Shown in pieces: positions 9,421 to 18,207 of a stretch of DNA of 64,000 bases. Every line of letters starts with the position of its first letter. The stretch's first letter is position 1. The DNA is taken from assembly GCA_028864975.1 (NCBI GenBank), contig JAGWLG010000001.1:32001-96000 (forward strand). The letters are read 5' to 3'. The DNA comes from Thermoplasmata archaeon. Its GTDB lineage: Archaea > Thermoplasmatota > Thermoplasmata > Lutacidiplasmatales > UBA184. Made by a program: the position numbers and the translations under genes. The notes below the pieces were generated by a model. That model was not told where the DNA came from. It ran no database searches and saw only the letters and a program-made list of their open reading frames with translations.

Positions 9421-10728
9421 ATGGACGAACGAGGTGCGGTCCGAGAACCGCCCGTGGACTTCCTGACCGCGCTCTTCCTGGTCCTGGGCTCGGCGGTCAT
9501 CGCGGGGGAGGTGGCGGCCCGGCTCGGCCACGTCGCCCTCGTCGGCCAGGTCGCGGTCGGTGTCGTGCTCGGCCCCACCCTCTTGGGTGGTTCGCTGGGC
9601 CTCACGATGAACCCGTCCACGACGGTGGGCGCGGGCCTCGGCGCGATCCAGACGGTGGCGGTATTCTTCATCCTCTTCATGGCCGGGCTCGAGGTCGTTC
9701 CCGAGGACATCTGGAGCACGGGGGCCGTGTCCGCGACCCTGGGCCTCTCGATGTTCCTGATCCCGTTCTTTGTGGGAGCCTGGTTCCTCCCCTTCGTCTT
9801 TCCCACCGAGCCGCTGACGACGGACCTGTTCATCTCCCTCACCCTCTCGATCACGGCCCTCCCCGTGATGGCCGTGATCCTGATCGAGCTCAAGATGCTC
9901 AAGACCCGACTCGGGTCGATGGTCCTCGGCGCCGCGGTCGTGAACGAGCTGAGCGCCATGACCACCTTCGCCTTGCTGCTCCACTACCACGGGAGCTCGA
10001 CGACCCTGGCCGGCCTTCTCGTCCCGGGGCTTGAGGTCGCCGTCTTCATCTCGACGGTGCTGACCATCCACCAGGTCCTGAAGCTCCTGCGTCAAGGACC
10101 GGCCTGGGCGCGCCTTCAGCAGCGCTGGGCCCGGCCCCTTCGGAAGCGCCAGGTCTGGTTCGCACTCTTGATGGTGATGGCGCTCTCCTCCTCGCTGCTC
10201 TCGCAGGCCTTGGGGCTCACCTTCCTGGTCGGAGCCTTCTACGCCGGCCTTCTCGTGACACGAGAGAGCGCCGGTCCGGTCGCACGTCGGGAGATCGGTC
10301 GGGTCTTCGGGACGATGACCTGGGGATTCTTCATCCCGCTGTTCTTCGCCCTGGTCGGCCTCGACATGGACCTCCGGCAGATCTTCACCTTGCCAATGGA
10401 GCTGACCTTCGCCGCTATGTTCGTGTTCGCCTGCTCGAGCAAGATCGTCGTGGGTGCGGCGGTGCCGCTCGCCTTCGGTTGGACCCCGCGGCAGGCCGCG
10501 ACGGTCGCCTCGCTCGTGAACGGCCGGGGAGCGGTCGAGCTCGCGATCGCGACGATCCTGCTGAACTCCGGGGTCTTCACGCTGCCGATCTTCACGCTCG
10601 TCGCTTCGGTCGGCCTGGTCACGACCATCATCGCGCCGCTCGGAGCTGCGCTCGCCTGGCGCAAGGAGGTCCCGTCGGCGGCGGCCGGTCCTCCAACTTC
10701 AGGCCGGGCGCCGGCTCCCGCCAAGTGA
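9421..10728 (+). CDS. Cation:proton antiporter (CPA2/KefB-like)
   Basis: About 12-13 TMs with motifs GQVAVGVVLGP, LSITALPV, GAAVVNE, GFFIPLFF, NGRGAVEL. Confidence 0.9.
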   Translation: MDERGAVREPPVDFLTALFLVLGSAVIAGEVAARLGHVALVGQVAVGVVLGPTLLGGSLGLTMNPSTTVGAGLGAIQTVAVFFILFMAGLEVVPEDIWSTGAVSATLGLSMFLIPFFVGAWFLPFVFPTEPLTTDLFISLTLSITALPVMAVILIELKMLKTRLGSMVLGAAVVNELSAMTTFALLLHYHGSSTTLAGLLVPGLEVAVFISTVLTIHQVLKLLRQGPAWARLQQRWARPLRKRQVWFALLMVMALSSSLLSQALGLTFLVGAFYAGLLVTRESAGPVARREIGRVFGTMTWGFFIPLFFALVGLDMDLRQIFTLPMELTFAAMFVFACSSKIVVGAAVPLAFGWTPRQAATVASLVNGRGAVELAIATILLNSGVFTLPIFTLVASVGLVTTIIAPLGAALAWRKEVPSAAAGPPTSGRAPAPAK

Positions 10729-10756
10729 GGGCTGCTCGCGCCCCCGCAGCGGGTCG

Positions 10757-11545
10757 TCAGGGCGGCTGGATCATCTGGGAGAGGAGGTCCAAGAAGGAAC
10801 GACCCAGGGCGTTCATCGAGGGGGTGAGGCTTTCCAGGGCCGCGTCCCTGGCCTCCATCGCAATGCCGTTCCAGTCCTCTCCTTCGAGGAACGCGCTGAC
10901 GCAGGCGGCCACCCGTGGCTCGCTGGAGCGCCACGCCGCGCTCTGCGCGGCCAGGTCCGCGACGCTCATGGCCACGTTCCAACCTGCCTTGATGGAGAGG
11001 TCCTTCGCGACGATCTGGGCCCCCGAGGCTGCCGCGAGGCCACACGCGGTCCGCTCAGGGCTCTTCACGACCTCCTCGACGAGGTCGACCGCGCGAGACC
11101 ATGCCGTGCTCGCTCCCTCGGGGCCCGATGCGCCTTCCAACGACGAACGGAGCTGTTCGGAAGCCCTGACCCCGTCCGCTTGAACCGCCTCCAGAGTTCG
11201 GAGGAGCGCTGCCTGGGCCGTGGTCGCGGGGAGATCTGTGATCACGGCGGCGAGCTTGCGCAATCTGCGACCTTCTCCGACCAGCCCCGCGAGCTCTACC
11301 CATTCCGGAGTGTGAACTCGGACGAGCCAGTCCAGCGACCGTCGTGAGCGCTCGAGGTCCTTCCCATCCCCGGCCGTGCCCACCATTCGGGCCACCACGC
11401 TCTCCAGCTCCTCGCGGAGGGGCCCCCGGGGGCGCGCGTCGGCCAGCCCTCGGGCGAGCTCCCGTAAGACCGGGGAGACCAGACGCGTGTCGATGTTCAG
11501 CGGGCGAGGCTCTTCCCGGGAGACGGAGCCTTTCGAGGCGGGCAT
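10757..11545 (-). CDS. Hypothetical Ala-rich all-alpha protein
   Basis: Start re-picked at MPASKG. Coding-like amphipathic helices; contains LDWLVRVHTPEWVELAG. Confidence 0.65.
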   Translation of the reverse strand: MPASKGSVSREEPRPLNIDTRLVSPVLRELARGLADARPRGPLREELESVVARMVGTAGDGKDLERSRRSLDWLVRVHTPEWVELAGLVGEGRRLRKLAAVITDLPATTAQAALLRTLEAVQADGVRASEQLRSSLEGASGPEGASTAWSRAVDLVEEVVKSPERTACGLAAASGAQIVAKDLSIKAGWNVAMSVADLAAQSAAWRSSEPRVAACVSAFLEGEDWNGIAMEARDAALESLTPSMNALGRSFLDLLSQMIQPP

Positions 11546-11806
11546 GGGTCGGCCATCCCGAAGCGTATGAGAAGGATTCCAGGGAAGACCGGAGGGGATG
11601 TTCCAACGTGCGTCTAGCGCGACCTGACCGACGGTCCGCAGGCCCATCCCAGCTCCGTGCTCCGATTCGGCTCCCTCTCAACGCGAGGGCGCCCGTTCGT
11701 TCAGTGCGGAGACGGATCGGACCTTCGGGCGGCGCCGGGAGCGAGGTCCTCCCCTTCCTTCCGCCTCACGGAAGTCTCTTGGCGGTCCTCGCGATGTCAT
11801 CGACCC

Positions 11807-12313
11807 ATGACTTCCGCGCGTCCCTTGCGCATCAACCGGTTCACGGTGATGGCCATGCTCCAGGCGGCGCGCGCCCGCCACATGGGCCTCTCCGAGGAGT
11901 CCGCGTACTCCTGGGGCCTCAACCGTGCGATCTGGTACGCTGCTGCGAAGAAGGGGTTCAAGACAGGTAACCCCGGCGAGGGTCCTCCTTCTCCCTCGGG
12001 GAGACCAACCCTGGAGTTTCGCTTGGGAAGCGACATGGCCTATCGAACTCCAGAGTCGGAAGTGTCCGCCCCGGTCTTCGTCCTAGGTGCCGAGGCCCAG
12101 ACCGCGGAGGCCTTTCGCTCAAAGATCGCCTCGCGCTTCGGGACGGACCGCAGCTTCCGGGTGGCGTGGGAGGAGGCGACGCGGATCGTCAGCGAGGTGG
12201 ACCCCGAGTGGCTCCAGACAGGCTCGTCCTTCTACTCACACGTCTACAAGCCGCGGCGGGACGCCCTCGTCAAGAAGTGGGCGGACGACTTCGGTGAGGC
12301 GCCCCCCGGTTGA
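11807..12313 (+). CDS. Conserved archaeal hypothetical protein
   Basis: RFTVMAMLQAARA..MGL..ESAYSWGLNRAIWYAAAKKGF, recalled as a conserved archaeal family of unknown function. Start re-picked. Confidence 0.7.
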   Translation: MTSARPLRINRFTVMAMLQAARARHMGLSEESAYSWGLNRAIWYAAAKKGFKTGNPGEGPPSPSGRPTLEFRLGSDMAYRTPESEVSAPVFVLGAEAQTAEAFRSKIASRFGTDRSFRVAWEEATRIVSEVDPEWLQTGSSFYSHVYKPRRDALVKKWADDFGEAPPG

Positions 12314-12329
12314 ACCCCCTCGCTTGGGC

Positions 12330-12977
12330 TCACGAGAGCTTTTCGAGCGGCGCCCCGCAATCCGGACATCGCTCGTCGGAGACCCGGTAGAGCGAGCCGC
12401 AGTACGGACAGCGGACCATCGCTAGCGCAGGCTTCGAACCCGTGGAAGCCGGGGGGCCGGGTAGGGCCCCGGGACCGCTCCTCGCTGGGAGCGCGGCGAC
12501 GACCTCATCATGGACCTTCTGTAGGTCCTCCGCCGGGTCCAGCAGGAAGTGGATGCCGTTCGTGCCGGCCACCTGCCCCTCGACATATTCGGGGCTGTAC
12601 TGGGCCGCGTCCCCTTGGACGCGGATGGCCAGTACCTCTCGCAAGGGCCCAGGGAGCTTCGACCGGTCGACCCCCCGGATGTCCTCTCGATGGATCTTGA
12701 TGTCCTCCTGGATGCCCGTGACCCTCATTTCGATCAGCCCTGGGGCTTCGACCAGACGGCAATGGACCAGCCCCTTGTCGGTCAGAATGAGCAAACCGCT
12801 CCCGGTCTCGGGCTCCTTGAACGGGATGCCGTCCCCGTAGGTCCCCGATGCGGCGAGCACGACCTCACGGCCATCCTGCGTCATCACAGGGATGACGACG
12901 CTCCTCCAGCATCCGAAGAACTTCTCGGCGGGCTTGATGAAGAGGAAGCGGTCGAAGGGTGAGGGTATCTGCTCCAT
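12330..12977 (-). CDS. PH-like domain protein with C-terminal zinc ribbon
   Basis: GLLILTDKGLV (PH-like GxLxLT motif) and C-terminal CPYC...CPDC. Start re-picked at MEQIPSP. Confidence 0.6.
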   Translation of the reverse strand: MEQIPSPFDRFLFIKPAEKFFGCWRSVVIPVMTQDGREVVLAASGTYGDGIPFKEPETGSGLLILTDKGLVHCRLVEAPGLIEMRVTGIQEDIKIHREDIRGVDRSKLPGPLREVLAIRVQGDAAQYSPEYVEGQVAGTNGIHFLLDPAEDLQKVHDEVVAALPARSGPGALPGPPASTGSKPALAMVRCPYCGSLYRVSDERCPDCGAPLEKLS

Positions 12978-13062
12978 CTGGTCCTCTCTCGTCCCAGAGA
13001 TCTGTCCCTGAGCTCTTCCTTTGAAAAGGTTGCAGTCCGTCTCTGACCGAGACCGGCGGGAT

Positions 13063-13851
13063 TCATCTGCTCCTGTCGGAGGTCGAAGAACCTGCGCCGG
13101 AACGGTCGCTGCATGAGACGTTCTCGGAAGGCGTGAAGCTCCGGAAGCTTGCGGGGTCCCAAAGCGCGACCTTCCCGGTTTCGACCTGTTCCACCTTCGT
13201 CGACCCATAGGCCTCCACCACCTTCGCGATCGCGGCTTGCACAACGTCGGGGAACCTGGGCTCTCCCAGGTTGCCTGCTTGGACCTCCTGACGTCGCATC
13301 GGCTCGACCAGGTCCACCTTCGTTCGGGTGGTCCAGGCCGTGCGCACTTCCTTGGGTCGGATCATCTTGACGAGCGCGCGAACACCCTCGTCCAGGAGTC
13401 CGGTAGGCATGCCCATCTCCGCCCGAGTCTCGAGGAGGATCCTGCGGTGGTCCGGCTCGCGTTCTCGGATGACGGCGACGACCTTGTCCGAGCCGACCCT
13501 TCCCATTTCGTGAACGGCCCCTACCCAGTCCGGCACCAGGTGGAGCATCTCGACGAATAGGACCGCATCGAACGACCCATCCCGCATGGGGAGCCGCGAC
13601 GCATCTCCTCGAACGAGCCGGTCCAGCCTCTTCTTCCGGGCCTCCCACATCATCGGCCCGGACCGGTCGAAGATGGTGGGATGATGGCCGAGCCGGGCCA
13701 GGGGGTCCGCGTACCTCCCGGTGCCCCCACCTACATCCAGGAGCGTGAGGCTCTCGCCCAGGATCTCGTGGAGGGCGTCGATCTCTTCCGGCTTCGCAGG
13801 GCCCCTCCAACCATCGAACTGGGTGGCCCAGAGGTCGAAACCGCGTGTCAT
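13063..13851 (-). CDS. Class I SAM-dependent methyltransferase
   Basis: LLDVGGGTGRY motif I, VRGDASRLP, FDAVLFVEMLHLV. Start re-picked at MTRGFD. Confidence 0.9.
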   Translation of the reverse strand: MTRGFDLWATQFDGWRGPAKPEEIDALHEILGESLTLLDVGGGTGRYADPLARLGHHPTIFDRSGPMMWEARKKRLDRLVRGDASRLPMRDGSFDAVLFVEMLHLVPDWVGAVHEMGRVGSDKVVAVIREREPDHRRILLETRAEMGMPTGLLDEGVRALVKMIRPKEVRTAWTTRTKVDLVEPMRRQEVQAGNLGEPRFPDVVQAAIAKVVEAYGSTKVEQVETGKVALWDPASFRSFTPSENVSCSDRSGAGSSTSDRSR

Positions 13852-14573
13852 TCCCTCGCTCCCCAGAACGAGTCGTAGCACGGGGCCAGCTCTCGGTACA
13901 GCAGTGGCGGGAGCACGATCGAAGGGGACGTGGGCGGGCGATGAGGCTTGCGCCGTAAAGCGTCCTCGGCCTTCCTGGCCAGGTTCCTGATCGCTCCACG
14001 CATGAAGCATGGGGGGACAGGTCAGAATCTTAGAGGTGAACTTCAGAACACGGAGGGGCAGCTGCCTGGTACCAGGACCAACCTCCGTGCTACCTTCCTT
14101 CCTTTCGGATCTCAGGCATGGGTTCTACGCCATCCCCCAGATATGAACCCTCCCCGTCGCACGTCGATGGTACTCTGTGCCCAACGCCGTTTGGCGTCTC
14201 TCCTCGAAAGTCTATGGAGCGACTTCCCTGGGCGCAAGTACGCATACTGTGCTCGCCCCGCGTTTCACTCAAGGAGGGCCCAGCGGTCTACGGCCGCCAC
14301 AGCGGTGGGAGGCATGCGTAATACCCGCCGACAGCGACCGCATCCTCGAGGCCCCGCCAACCGTTTTCGGAGAAGAGACTTGGGAGAGCCGATCTTCGAT
14401 CCGCTCAAGTTTCGGTCAGGAGCGAAGCCTCGCAGCTGTCGACGGCACAGCCAACAGGCGGAGGTCCTCTCGAAGGTGGTTGTCCGAGCCCTAGTCGGGA
14501 CGACCTACCACGAGGTTCACGAGACGCTCGGCTATCGTCACAGGGAGTTCTCGGCCGAACTCTCGATGGGGCA

Positions 14574-14645
14574 TGGACACGGTGGGATTTGAACCCACGG
14601 CCTCTGCTTTGCGAAAGCAGCGATCTTCCGCTGATCTACGTGCCC
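14574..14645 (-). tRNA. tRNA-Ala(CGC)
   Basis: Full cloverleaf: acceptor GGGCACG/CGTGTCC with the G3:U70 Ala identity pair, anticodon loop TTCGCAA, TTCAAAT T-loop. Confidence 0.97.
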
Positions 14646-14695
14646 GAGCGGTGGGCGGGACGGAGAGGGGGCAATAAACGTGCTGGGCCCCGCGG

Positions 14696-15400
14696 CTAGG
14701 AAGCGGGCAGTTCTTCTCGCTTCTTCGGCGACGCAGCAGGAGAGGCGGTTGCCGGCAAGGGGCCGCCCGGGGCGGGGCTCGTCTTTTCCACGGGAGCCTT
14801 CGACGAGGGACGGGTGGCGCGCGGCTTCGCGGCCGGGGGCGCCGTTGGGGGAGGTGGGGGAGGAGGCGGAGCCGCCGCAGGGGGGGGAGATGCGGGCGGG
14901 GCCGGGATCGCCGGTGCAACTTTCGGCTTCCCCCGGGTGCCCGCTGGGAGGATCGCGTGTCGGTTCGCATCGTAGCGGAAGAGCTCGGTGTACCGACCCC
15001 AGGTCACGATGTTCTGGACCGCGTCGGGAGGGGCCGTCGTGAAGGCCACGATCTGCTGGAGCTCATCCTCGGCGAGGCACCCGTCGACCGCCGCCTCGAG
15101 AGAGCGCAAGATGGCTCGGAAGAGGGTCGTCTTGCGCAGCGCCTCTCGAAGGAGCTCCTTCTTCGCCCGGATGGTGCCGGCGGCTAGCTTCTTGCCGCTC
15201 TCGGTGAAGGAGACCCGTCCGTCCGAGACCGAGATGAGGCCAAGCCCTTCCGCATATTCGATCGACGGGAGGATGTCGTCCACCGCTAGGCTCTCGTCGT
15301 CCGCGATGCGGGCGATCTCCTCGCTGCCTTTCAGACGCTTGACAAGGGAGAGGAGCCCGAGGAGTTCGCTGGGACTGCACTTCGGATAGAGGGTTGGCAC
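14696..15400 (-). CDS. Stand-alone AAA-associated (NitT/TauT ABC ATPase C-terminal) domain protein
   Basis: ELLGLLSLV...ARIADDESLAVDDILP...AEGLGL...QNIVTWGRYTELFRYD, then a Pro-rich tail. Follows the ABC ATPase gene. Confidence 0.85.
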   Translation of the reverse strand: MPTLYPKCSPSELLGLLSLVKRLKGSEEIARIADDESLAVDDILPSIEYAEGLGLISVSDGRVSFTESGKKLAAGTIRAKKELLREALRKTTLFRAILRSLEAAVDGCLAEDELQQIVAFTTAPPDAVQNIVTWGRYTELFRYDANRHAILPAGTRGKPKVAPAIPAPPASPPPAAAPPPPPPPPTAPPAAKPRATRPSSKAPVEKTSPAPGGPLPATASPAASPKKREELPAS

Positions 15401-15438
15401 GGTCTCGAGCCTACCGGGAGGGTTCTCACCGGAGTAGT

Positions 15439-15452
15439 GGGAGATAAGCGTT
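15439..15452 (-). promoter_or_regulatory. BRE/TATA-like promoter motif AACGCTTATCTCCC (copy 2)
   Basis: Identical to 8042-8055; internal promoter upstream of the gene starting at 15400. Confidence 0.5.
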
Positions 15453-15555
15453 CCCTAACGCTGGAACTGCGATAGGAACGACCCCCCTCCGACCGCCCTC
15501 GAAGGGGGCAGTGCAGGTCCTTCGAAAATCGTAAGCGATGGCGGGAGGTGGGCCG

Positions 15556-16389
15556 CTACAGCCCGTCCGCAGAGGCGGGGACGGGGGGGGTTTGACCTCG
15601 ACCGCCGTTCCCACCGGTCCCCCCTTTCCGCGGGCTTCCCTCGGTGATCATGGAATAGACGTAGTCCGTCAGCTGGTAGAAGGCTTCGGACTTCCGGTCC
15701 CTGGGGCGCGGGAGCTTCACGGGAACGCCCGCGAGGACCTGGCTCGGCCGACGTGAGAGGACCAAGATGCGGTCGGCCATTTCGACGGCCTCCTCGATGT
15801 TGTGCGTGACGAGCACCACAGCGTCCGGCGGCAGTCCCGGGTCGGCCCAAAGCTCCAGGACCTCGTCCCGAAGGCTCTCCGCCGTGAGGGGGTCGAGGGA
15901 CGAGAAGGGCTCGTCCATGAGGAGGACCGCGGGCTCCACGGCCAGCGCGCGCGCGAGGCCCACCCGCTGCCGCATCCCCCCGGAAAGCTCCCGCGGGTAG
16001 GCCTCCTCGAAACCCACCATCCCGGTGACCTCGATGTACTTCGCGACCTGGTTCTCGATGCGGTCCTCGCTCCAGCCGCGGGCCTCGAGGCCGAGCGCAA
16101 CGTTCTCCTTCACGTTCAGCCAGGGATAGAGCGCGAAGCTCTGGAAGACCATCGCCATGTCGAGCTGGACGTCCATCACGGGCTTGCCACGGAACAGGAT
16201 CGCCCCGCTCGAAGGGTGGTCGAGCCCTTGGATCAATCGAAGGAGCGTCGATTTTCCGCAGCCCGACGGACCGACGATGGCTAGGAAGTCGTTGTTCGCG
16301 ACCGAGAACGAGACATGCTCCATGATGGCCACCGGCCCATGGCGTCCGGCGAAGTTCTTGCCGATGTCCGAGATCTCGATGAGCGGCAT
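15556..16389 (-). CDS. NitT/TauT-family ABC transporter ATP-binding protein
   Basis: Walker A GPSGCGKS, LSGGMRQR signature, LLMDEPF, VTH. Confidence 0.95.
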   Translation of the reverse strand: MPLIEISDIGKNFAGRHGPVAIMEHVSFSVANNDFLAIVGPSGCGKSTLLRLIQGLDHPSSGAILFRGKPVMDVQLDMAMVFQSFALYPWLNVKENVALGLEARGWSEDRIENQVAKYIEVTGMVGFEEAYPRELSGGMRQRVGLARALAVEPAVLLMDEPFSSLDPLTAESLRDEVLELWADPGLPPDAVVLVTHNIEEAVEMADRILVLSRRPSQVLAGVPVKLPRPRDRKSEAFYQLTDYVYSMITEGSPRKGGTGGNGGRGQTPPVPASADGL

Positions 16390-16431
16390 CGGTCCCCTTT
16401 GACTCTCGGTGCAGGAACGATCGACCGAGGC

Positions 16432-18201
16432 TCAGTCGATGGTGTACCTCTTCGTGCGGCGGTAGAGGGGCTTCCATAATAGCTCGTTGACCGCGATGAC
16501 CGCCCCGACCAGCGTGAACAGCGAGATGGCCATGAGCGGGACGCCGGCCCCGGAGTTGGGGTAGCACCAGGTTCCGATCTCGAGGAGCTGCCCCAGGCCG
16601 AGCGTTCCGTGCCCGGTGCAAATCGCGCCACCAGTTCCCGCAGGGGGTGGGGGTGTGACGAGCCACTCCGCATAGATGAGCGAGTTCCACCCTCCCCCGA
16701 ACGCGGTGATCGACCCTGTGACGAAGGCTGGGAAGATCGCAGGGAGGGTCAGCCTGCGGTAGGAGAGCGAACCCTTGAGACCGAGGGATCTTCCAGCTTC
16801 CTCAAGGTCGGGAGGAAGGGACTTGAGCCCCGAGTAGACGTTGAAGAAGACGTACCAGACCATCCCCGTCATCACCGCGATGATGACCGTCGCTTGGAGC
16901 CCGAGCAGTCCGACCAGCGCCAGGAGGAGGATCGGGAAGATGGCGGGGGCGGGGAACGAGGCGATGATCTCTACGATCGGCATCCCGAACTTCGCGGCCC
17001 TCGCTCGGCGCACGAAGAAGAGCACGACCGGGAAGGTGATCGCCAGCGAGAGCCCGTAGGCCAGGACCACGCGCGCAAAGGAGGTCCCCAGAGCAAGGGG
17101 GACCTGGTCGATCTCCCCTCTCACGGAAGGTTGGACCGGGCCAGAGACGACGTGGAAGACCGCGACCGAGATGGCGATAAGGATGAACCAACCGAGAACC
17201 AGCAGGCCCCCCACGAGGGCGTAGCGGATGACCCCGGGAGAGAAGTGGGTCTTCTTCCGGATGCGGGTCACGGTGGTGGTCCCCAGGTTGACCAAGGGGG
17301 AGGCGACCCGGGTCACTCCCCCGACGAAGCCGCGTGCGACCGTGGACACGCCACGTTGAACCCGCTCGTCGAGCCGACGGGGGGCCATCACATCGCTCTC
17401 GCCGCTCGGCGACTGGTCGTAGCGATACCGCTCGGCCCACCGCCCCGCGGGTTTCCAGACAAGCAGGTCCAGCGCGGCGATCAGTGCGACCAGCAGCGCC
17501 GTCCCGGCGAGGAGCTGCCCGAGGTGCCCGAACTCGGAAGCGACGTAGAGGTAACTCCCGATCCCCGGTAGGATGACCGGGCTAGAGACCGACCCGATGA
17601 TCTCAGCTCCGACAAGATAGTACCATCCTGCGGTCCACGAGAGCACGGAATTGTAGACCAGCCGATTGATCGTGGCCGGGAAGAAGAGGTGGCGGAGCCT
17701 GAGACCGCCCGAGAGGCCGAAGGAACCTGCGGCCTCTGTCATGTCCGAAGGGATCCCTTTGATCGACTCGTACACTCCGAACGCCATGTTCCAGGACATC
17801 GAGGTGAAGATCAGGAAGATCGCCGCCACGTTCGGGCCGAGGAGACTTCCCGGCGTGAGGGCGATGAGATAGTAGACGGCGAAGGGAAAGAAGCCCAGGA
17901 TAGGTACCGACTGCAGGATGTCCAAGATCGGGATGAGCACGCGTTCTGCGGTACGATTGACGGCGGCGGCATAGCCGTAGGCCAGGGAAAACCCGAGTGA
18001 GAGGACATAGGCGAGAAGCATCCGGACGAACGAGGCGGCGAGCGCGGCCGACGCTCCCGGCAGATCGCCCAGGATCCCCGGGGCCACGGGGAGGACCGCG
18101 AGGGGCGCCGCGAGACCCCACACGGACCAGGGAAGCGCCGAACGCAGCCGAGCGAGCGGCGCCGAGCTCGGAACGACCCCGGGGTTCCCGCTCGCACGCA
18201 T
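16432..18201 (-). CDS. NitT/TauT-family ABC transporter permease (two fused TM domains)
   Basis: Two BPD_transp-type modules with EAA motifs (MTEAAGSFGL, LEEAGRSLGL). Confidence 0.92.
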   Translation of the reverse strand: MRASGNPGVVPSSAPLARLRSALPWSVWGLAAPLAVLPVAPGILGDLPGASAALAASFVRMLLAYVLSLGFSLAYGYAAAVNRTAERVLIPILDILQSVPILGFFPFAVYYLIALTPGSLLGPNVAAIFLIFTSMSWNMAFGVYESIKGIPSDMTEAAGSFGLSGGLRLRHLFFPATINRLVYNSVLSWTAGWYYLVGAEIIGSVSSPVILPGIGSYLYVASEFGHLGQLLAGTALLVALIAALDLLVWKPAGRWAERYRYDQSPSGESDVMAPRRLDERVQRGVSTVARGFVGGVTRVASPLVNLGTTTVTRIRKKTHFSPGVIRYALVGGLLVLGWFILIAISVAVFHVVSGPVQPSVRGEIDQVPLALGTSFARVVLAYGLSLAITFPVVLFFVRRARAAKFGMPIVEIIASFPAPAIFPILLLALVGLLGLQATVIIAVMTGMVWYVFFNVYSGLKSLPPDLEEAGRSLGLKGSLSYRRLTLPAIFPAFVTGSITAFGGGWNSLIYAEWLVTPPPPAGTGGAICTGHGTLGLGQLLEIGTWCYPNSGAGVPLMAISLFTLVGAVIAVNELLWKPLYRRTKRYTID

Positions 18202-18207
18202 GCCGCC

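Noticed and set aside
14020-14573. Gene-poor stretch downstream of tRNA-Ala with a GAGTTC/GAACTC hairpin (14545-14562), considered as an integrated-element remnant
   Set aside because: No duplicated tRNA 3' end was found and no frame gave a recognisable protein. The hairpin is short.
14760-14960. G/C-rich low-complexity runs (also 35300-35530, 36560-36800, 43060-43260)
   Set aside because: Explained by Pro/Ala-rich protein linkers, not DNA repeat elements.
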